Shown here in pieces: positions 56,461 through 64,000 of a DNA stretch of 64,000 nucleotides. Source of the DNA: the human T2T-CHM13v2.0 reference genome, Homo sapiens; assembly GCF_009914755.1 (NCBI RefSeq), contig NC_060930.1; one strand, 5' to 3'. Each line of letters begins with the position of its first letter. The first letter of the stretch is position 1. Made by a program: the position numbers and the translations under genes. The notes beneath the pieces are model-generated. The model did not search any database, had not been told where the DNA came from, and saw nothing but the letters and a program-made list of their open reading frames with translations.

Positions 56461-56849
56461 TATAAATTTCAGAAGAATTTATTCTATTTCCGTGAAAAAT
56501 ATCATTGGTAGTTTGGTAAGAATAGTGTTGAATCTGCAAATTGCTCTGGGGAGTACGGCCATTTAAAAAGTTTAAGTGCAAAATCCTTTATGTTTAGCAG
56601 AACATGTGAGTGTTCACTGTATTGATAGGTAGTGATTAGTCATGATGACCTACAGAGGGTTTTCGGAAACAAAGTGGAATCAGAAAGCGTCCACAGGGAG
56701 AAAAAGTTATAGTCCATTGTGAAATATTAAAGCCTGATTAATAATGTATGGAGAATTTCCCCTATAAGGAGAGACGGAGCTCAGGTAGGATGAGAAGGGT
56801 GTCCCTGTGAGGTAGTTGAAGGTATAGAATAGAATAAATTGAAGAGAAA

Positions 56850-58040
56850 TAAGGCCACAGGTATAAAGTCAATTGCTTTTCAGTCAGAATACAAATTTAA
56901 CTCAATAGAAGAACTCTTTTTAACAAATTGTGATGAAATTTATGTGTACCCAATGCCAAAATGTACCATTTAACCCCTATATCAAATGAAACAAAAAACA
57001 TTGAAGTAAATAATAGATCTAAATTTAAAACAGTACATTACAAGATTTCTAAAGATAGTATAAATGCCTGCGTAATTTTGAGGTGGGCAGTGTCTGTAGA
57101 TGCAACACCAAATCAATGATAATAAAGAATACAAAATTACAAGTTGGATTTTATCAAAGTTAAATATTTTTTCTCTATATAGATAATAAATAAGGAAGCC
57201 CCAGATTATAGATAATATAGTCTTATTATAAATATCTAATAAATCTATATAGAACTTATTATTCAAGAATTAAAATGCCAGAAAAAAATGGGCAACAGAG
57301 TTAAACAGATATTTCACAACAACATGAAGAAGAATGGCCAACACACACAAAAAATGTAATCTACATAATTAGCCTTAAGGAAAATGCAAGTTAAAACCAT
57401 ATTTCACAACCACTACAATGGCTAAAATAAAAAATAAATAAATAAGACAGACAACATCAAGTTTAGGAAGCATGAAAACGCTCAAATATTGCTGATGGAA
57501 GTATAAAATAGAAAAATCACTTTGGCAAACTGTTGAACAGATTTTTGTATAGTTCAAGATGCATCTACTCTGTAACTCAGTAATTATTATTCTAGGTGTT
57601 TATCCAAGAAGAAGGAAAACTAGTGTTCATAGATAAAAATTCTTGCTCAATAGCATTTATAGTAGTCTTATTTATAATAACCTAAAAATGAAAATGACCC
57701 AAATATCCACAAACAAGAATGAATTAACAAATGGTGGTATATTCATACAATGGAATGCTAATCAGTGATAAAAATTAAGGAACTACTATTACACAGAATA
57801 ATATATGGATTAATTATGAAAACACATTGAGTAAAAAAAGCCAAATACAAAAGAATGCATACTGTATAGTATTATTTATAAGAAATTCAACAACATAAAA
57901 CACTATCTTTGGTACAAATAAATGAGAATGGTGGTTAGCCTTTTGGTCTTTATATAAGAGAGAGCATTATGAGTGAAATATCATGAGTGATGAAGATGTT
58001 CTTCATATTCTAGATGCTAGTTTTATGCACATATTTTTAA
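56850..58040 (+). mobile_element. Old L1M (ME/MD-like) ORF2 end and 3' UTR
   Basis: AAATGGGCAACAGAGTTAAACAGATATTTCAC; GGTATATTCATACAATGGAAT; AAGCCAAATACAAAAGAATGCATACTGTAT. Confidence 0.75.
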
Positions 58041-58189
58041 ATTAATGGTGTTGCATGCTATCTAAAAATATCTTAGCCTTCCTCAAAGCTGCAGTTTCTT
58101 TCTCTTTCTCTTTTGTCCTAAAAGCATCATGTTTTAGCTTTCATGGAAAAAAATATTTTTGACTGTGCCATGAAATAGTTAATATTTAT

Positions 58190-58575
58190 GTTTTTTCTGA
58201 TAATATTCAGTTACTCCACCCCAATTTTGTGAGAATATCTTACTTTGTCCACTGAACTGAATTAGTGCCTTGCTTGAAAATCAAATGCCCATGTATTTGT
58301 GAATCTGTTTCTATACACTGTTTTAGGCTAACACTACTATTCCAGTAGTTCTATCTCAATTATTGTAATTCTATAGTAAGTCTTAGAGTCTACCAGTATA
58401 AATTTTCTGCTTTTCAAGATTTTCTTGGTTACTTTAGACTATTTGTATTTTCATATACATTGTAGGATTACTTTGTCAATTAATATAAATAACATTTGAA
58501 ATTGTTATTAGGACTATATTAAATATATATTAATTTGGTAAGAATTTAAGTCTTAAAATATTGCCTTTACCAATT
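58190..58575 (-). mobile_element. Old L1M ORF2 fragment
   Basis: TTGAAAATCAAATG..TATAGTAAGTCTT..TTTTCAAGATTTTCTTGG, antisense L1 pattern. Confidence 0.6.
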
Positions 58576-58685
58576 CTGTCCCATGGTTTCTCCTATGTGA
58601 TCCCCGGTCCCTCACTTCTTCTATAGCTTCATAGAATTGATTTAGCTCCTTTTTTTTTTTTTTTCGCTTTTTTACATTTGTGAAG

Positions 58686-59055
58686 TACATTAGTTTCCTA
58701 TTGCTGCCATAGCAAACCACAATTCTAGTGGCTTAAAACAGCACAAATATATTATCTCTCAGTTTTGAAAGTCAAAAATCTCAAAATGGTTTCTGTCTCT
58801 TCCCTTTACCTTTGTTTCTGTCATCATTATATGCCCTTCTCCAACTCTGAATTTTCTGCATCCATCTTATAAGGATCTTTGCAATTATATTGACTATAGC
58901 CAGATAATTCAGGTTAATCTCCCCGCCTCAGGGTCCTTAATTTAATAACACCTAGGAAGTCCATTTTTCCATCTGAAGTAACAGACACACAGGTTTGGGG
59001 AATCAGAATGTGAACATTTCTGCAGGAGTGAAGAGACATTGTTTTGCCTACCACA
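58686..59055 (-). mobile_element. MLT1 (C-like) MaLR LTR with internal deletion
   Basis: ATTAGTTTCCTATTGCTGCCATAGCAAA..GTGGCTTAAAACAGCACAAA..CAGATAATTCAGG..GCCTACCACA. Confidence 0.8.
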
Positions 59056-60986
59056 CTGTTTTAGCAGAAAATGTGTGACTGAAATGATTTAAAAAATGAT
59101 CCACATAATACAGGAGTCACAAGTTGTCTTAGGGAGTTTCAACTATCCTAAAAAATAATGAGTCACAATTCAAAAGTTTTAATAAAGAGAATGTCATAAT
59201 TGTACATGCATTTCAGAGAGATCACTTCATTCCAGTGTGACAAATAAACTGGACAGAGAAAGATTATAGGAAAAGGAGCAATTATAGAAGACTATTTTAG
59301 TGATTTAGTTAAAGATATTCTTTTGTTTTTACATTAGTGGCAATGCTGATAAAGAAAATGGACAGAATAAAGACATTGAAGAGGCTGAATGAAAGGTCTT
59401 GGTATGTCTTAGCTTGTGGGTGTTTAATTTAAATTCTGCTCACATTTTTTGTATAAGCTGAGTGATTTCGCTTTCAGATGCACAGCTTGAGAACAGCCTA
59501 CTTCCCTGGTACACAAAACATTCATTTAATTTGAGAAAAATCTTTATTCTTATTGTTTGATTATTTGATATTATGAATCAGAAGAGTAAAAATGTTTAAA
59601 AAATAAGCTACAATTATCTATATATGAATTTTGGGGTGTCACTTCTATCTTCTCACTCAATTTTAAAAACAGCATCGAATCAACAATTCCTAAATCCTGA
59701 CACATACGTCTCACTCATTATTTTATGAGTGGCAAACTTTATATAGAAGAATAGACAATGAGATTATGACTCAGTATGTGGACATTAAAGAAGAACCTGA
59801 GGGTTTCTATTTTTTTCTTCTTTAGAATGGTAGCTTTAACTGTTTTTTAGAAACTGAACATTTTTAATTTCTTTCTCTTATTTGGGTAGTTACTGGAAAC
59901 CCAAGAATTGATTTTAGCAGTAAGTTCACTTTTAGTGCTCGTTTTGTTTTTAAGATTCTTTCATTATTATTATTATTATTGTGTGTGTGTTTTCCCATAG
60001 ATATTTTAGTGTAAATTTAAGAAAAGTGGCAATAGGGGCTGTGGCTAGGTGTTATCTTAAAGGAGAAATGTCTAGTCTGTTTTTGTGTCAGGTAGAACAT
60101 TATATAACCTTTAGAAGGTATGTGTTCATTTGCATCAGAAACTCCTTGTAGAAGCAATTCTTTATAACATGTCACCATGTGATAGTTCTTATGGGAAGGC
60201 CACAGTTTTTGTCCCCAGGGCCCTCAGAAATGAAATCTGTCAATTTTTCTCTTGACTGACATTAAATTTCCATGTTCCTCAGTCTTAAAATTAAGGTTTA
60301 ATAACTCCCTCTTGGCAGCAGCTAAACTAGGGATTCCAAGGTACTTAGAGAAATCTCAAATTGTTCACTATGTATCCAATCTTCAATAAGGCAAAATGCC
60401 ACCTTTTTTAAATTAAGGCCTTGCAATCTCCCTGAGTAGCATGGGAATCATCTAGCTATGCAAATTGTAGTCTACTCATGTCTATATAAGAGTTGCCTAG
60501 AGGAGAGATGAGGCATGATATGGGCACAAATATCATGCTAAGAAAGGTAAGAAAAGAAGGCAACACTGAGAATTTTGCTTTAATACTATTTTTATACTTA
60601 TCAATTTTGTCCCCACATATTTCCTTTGTTGTAATTTGTTTAGTAAAAATATGAAAAAGAAGACTGTTTGTATAAAATGATTTCAAAGTACAAACAACAT
60701 TTAAGTGCCTGTATCATTTAGAGGTCCATGCATAAGTTATAGAAACATTCTGCTTTCACTTTCTTTTAGAATAAACTGTCATTTTTATTTCGTTAAAAGT
60801 TAAGAAAACATATTGTTGCACAACAGTGATGAATAAATGCCAAAACTCGTTTATTTTCTCATAGAGCATAATGTAATTTGATTTTTGGAAATTTTTAGCA
60901 AATTTATGCACTTGGTCCTGCAAGTGTTGCATTGCTCCAATTGATGGTGTGTTAATGCCATAATCACCACAATTGATAAACTTGAT

Positions 60987-63110
60987 ATCAATTGTAATGA
61001 CTGCATTTTTTGTTTGTGATTTTATTTAGATGTTTTCTCTTTTTCATTTTTTTTTTTTTTGACAGAGTCTCACTCTATGGCCCAGACTTGAGTGCAAGTG
61101 GCATGATGTAGGCTCTCTGCAATATCCACCTCCCAGGTTCAAGCGATTCTCGTGCCTCAGCCTCCCAAGAATCCGGGATTGCAGGCATGAGCCACCACAC
61201 TCTCTTTTGCTCTTTAGCTAAAAGTTTGTTGATTTTGTTTATCTTTTCAAAACACAACTTTTTGTTATGTTCATTGTTTGTATTTTTTAGTCTAGATTTC
61301 ATTTATTTTTGTTCTGATATTTAATTTTTTTTCCTTTTACTAATTTTGAGTTTGTTTTGTTCTTGCTTTTCTACTTCTTTGAAGTATATAATTAGGTTAT
61401 TTGAAGTAGTTCTTTTTATGTCAGTGCTTATTGCTATAAACATCTCTCTTAGTATTGCTTTTGTTGTATACCATAGATATTTGTATGTTGTGTTTCCATT
61501 TTTATTTGTTTCAAGAATTTGTTTAAAATTCCATCTCAATTTCTTCTTTGCCCCACCAACTTTTTGAGCACATAGTATTTAATTTCTATTACCTGACTTC
61601 AAAATATACTACAAAGCTATAGTAACCAAGATAGCATGGTACTGGCAAAAGAACAGACATATGCAACAATAGAAAATACAGAAATAAATCCGAACTCATT
61701 TTTGACAAAGGTACCAAGAACATACATTGAGGAAAGGACTGCCTCATCAGTAAATGGTGCTGGAAAAACTAGATATTAATATGCAGAAGAAGAAAACTAG
61801 GCCCCCATCTTTCACCATATACAAAAATTAAAACAACATTAATTAAAGACTTAAACATAAAAAATCTGAAACTGTGAAACTACTAGAATAAAATATTGGG
61901 GAATCATTTTAGGACATTGGTCTAGGCAAAGATTTCTTGAGTAAGACCTCAAAAGCACAGGCAACAAAAGAAAAATATGACAAATGAGATTATATTAAGC
62001 CAAAAAGCTTCACAGCAAAGGAAACAATCAACAAAGTGAAGAGTCAGCCTAAAGAAAGGGAGATAATATTTGCAGACAATCCATCCAACACGGGATTAAT
62101 AACCAGAATGTATAAGGAGCTCAAATAACTCAATAGCAAAAAAGCAAATAATCCAATTAAAAATAGGCAAATAGTCTGAATAGATATTCTCAAAACAAGA
62201 TATCCAATGGCCAACAGGTATATGCAAAAATGTTCAACACTCACTAATAAACAGGGAAATGCAAATTAAAACCTCAGTGAGATATTATCTCACCCCAGTT
62301 AAATCGATTATTATCAGAAAGACAGAAAATAACAGATGCTAGTGAAGATTCAGAAAAAGGGAAATGTTCGTACACTGTTTTGGGGAATGCAAATTAATAC
62401 AGCCACTATGGAAAACAATATGGAGGAACCTCAAAAAAGTAAAGATAGAACTGTCATATGATACAGCAATCCCACTGCTATTTATATACCCAGAAGAAAG
62501 AAAATCAGATATCAAAGTGCTCTCTGTATTCACATGTCTATTGTAGCAATATTCACAATAGCCAAATTGTGGAATCCATCTCAGTGTCTATCAACAAAAG
62601 AATGGATGGAGAAATTTGGTATGTACACATCATGGAATAATATTCGGCCATAAGAATGTATGAAATCCTGTCATTTGTAGCATCATGGATGGAACTGGAA
62701 GACGTGATGTTAAGTGAAATAAACCAGGAACAGAAAGACAGTATTGCATTATCTTACTCATAGGTGAGAGCTACAAAAATTGATCTAATGTAAATAGAAT
62801 AGTGGTTACCAGAAAGCAGAAAATGTATTGGAAAAGAAGGGGAGAATAAAAAGAGGGTTAAAAAATACAGTTAGATAAAAAAAAAATAAGTTCTAGTGTT
62901 CAATTGCACAATAGGGCAACTATAGTGAACAATAATTTATTGTATATTTCAAAACAGCTAAAATATAATATTTGGAATATTCCTAAAACCAATGTTTGAG
63001 GTGATGGGTATCCCAACTACGCTGATTTGTTAATTACACATTGTATGCTTGTATAAAAGTATCACATGTACCCCATAAATATGTACAGGTGTTACGTTTC
63101 TATTTCAAAA
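60987..63110 (+). mobile_element. L1MA-type insertion with 5' inversion and perfect 11-bp TSD
   Basis: Antisense ORF2 60987-61586 joined to sense ORF2 end/3' UTR 61588-63110; TSD ATAAACTTGAT at 60976-60986 and 63111-63121. Confidence 0.88.
61047..61200 (-). mobile_element. Alu single arm inside the inverted L1 segment
   Basis: Poly-T plus right-arm sequence; TSD TCTCTTTT on both sides. Confidence 0.85.
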
Positions 63111-63415
63111 ATAAACTTGATGAAAGGGAATAATATTAGCAAATAAAAGATTATTTTGCTAACATAAAACTAATCTAATAGGTTCTGATAAAGATAAGTT
63201 TACCAGCACTTTCAGGTTTTTCATATGAGCCTTGAGGTTATTTCCGTTATTTTTCATACTTACTCGTTGAATGAAGGTTCTGTCTCTCAAAATATGACTT
63301 TAAGGTAGACTAATAATACTAATTATATCACACATAGCTAAACTATAACTTCAAAATACTCATTGTTATTGTTTTAACCTATGGCTAATAATTGAAATTG
63401 TCTATATAAGATATT

Positions 63416-63788
63416 TGATATGGTTTGGCTCTGTGTCCCACCCAAATATCATCTTGAATTGTAATCCCCATAATCCCCACCTGTTGAGAGAGAGACCAGG
63501 TGGGAGGTGATTGGATTGTGGAGGCAGTTGTCCCCATGCTGTTCTCATGAAAGTGAGTGACTTCTCAGGAGATCTGATGGTTTGATAAGTGTTTGACAGT
63601 TCCTCTTTTAGACACTTTCTCTTTCCTACTCTTGTGAAGAAGGTGCCTGCTTCCCTTTCCGCCATAAATGTAAGTGTCCTGAGGCCTCCCCAGCCATGTG
63701 GAAATGTGAATCCATTAAGCCTCTTTTCTTTATGAATTACCCAGGCTCACAGAAGTTCTTTAGGGTGGTGTGAAAATGTACTAACACA
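63416..63788 (+). mobile_element. THE1D-like MaLR solo LTR
   Basis: TGATATGGTTTGGCTCTGTGTCCC..CTAACACA; TSD ATATT / ATCTT. Confidence 0.92.
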
Positions 63789-64000
63789 ATCTTCATAATA
63801 TATTCTGTACTTAGATTCTCCTATTATTTCCCATCCTATATTTAAATGTAGAGGCTCTACCTAAGTCCTATGAGTTATCCCTCATTTTTCTTTATAGAAT
63901 TAGAAAATAACTTCTATGAAATGAACCATGCCTGTAGAATCATGAGATAATAAGTAAAAATTAGGTAAATCTTAGAATAATGAAGATAATTTTTAAAAGG

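Overview
This is AT-rich, CpG-depleted primate genomic DNA. AluY, young L1PA and a HERV-W LTR17 point to a catarrhine/hominoid, probably human; it looks like a gene desert or a very long intron. I found no credible protein-coding gene, RNA gene or CRISPR array, and the ORF track is explained by L1/Alu/LTR fragments, microsatellites and chance. Most of the window is fossil transposons: nine Alus plus a FLAM, many L1s including one near-full-length L1PB-like element with nested insertions, solo LTRs (LTR17, MLT2A, two THE1, MLT1, LTR27/28-, LTR40- and MER92-like), a decayed ERVL pol segment, and MER3, MER102, L2 and MIR pieces. I cannot support an undescribed biological system here. The best leads are structural and regulatory: three twin-primed (5'-inverted) L1s, two sharing almost the same breakpoint; a fold-back inversion at an L1 3' end; an inverted duplication around a TA microsatellite; a young 69-bp tandem duplication beside a (CTG)8; a zero-spacer p53-type element; and a perfect DUX4 motif in a THE1 LTR. 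Subfamily names come from recalled consensus sequences and need RepeatMasker/Dfam confirmation; boundaries of old elements are approximate.
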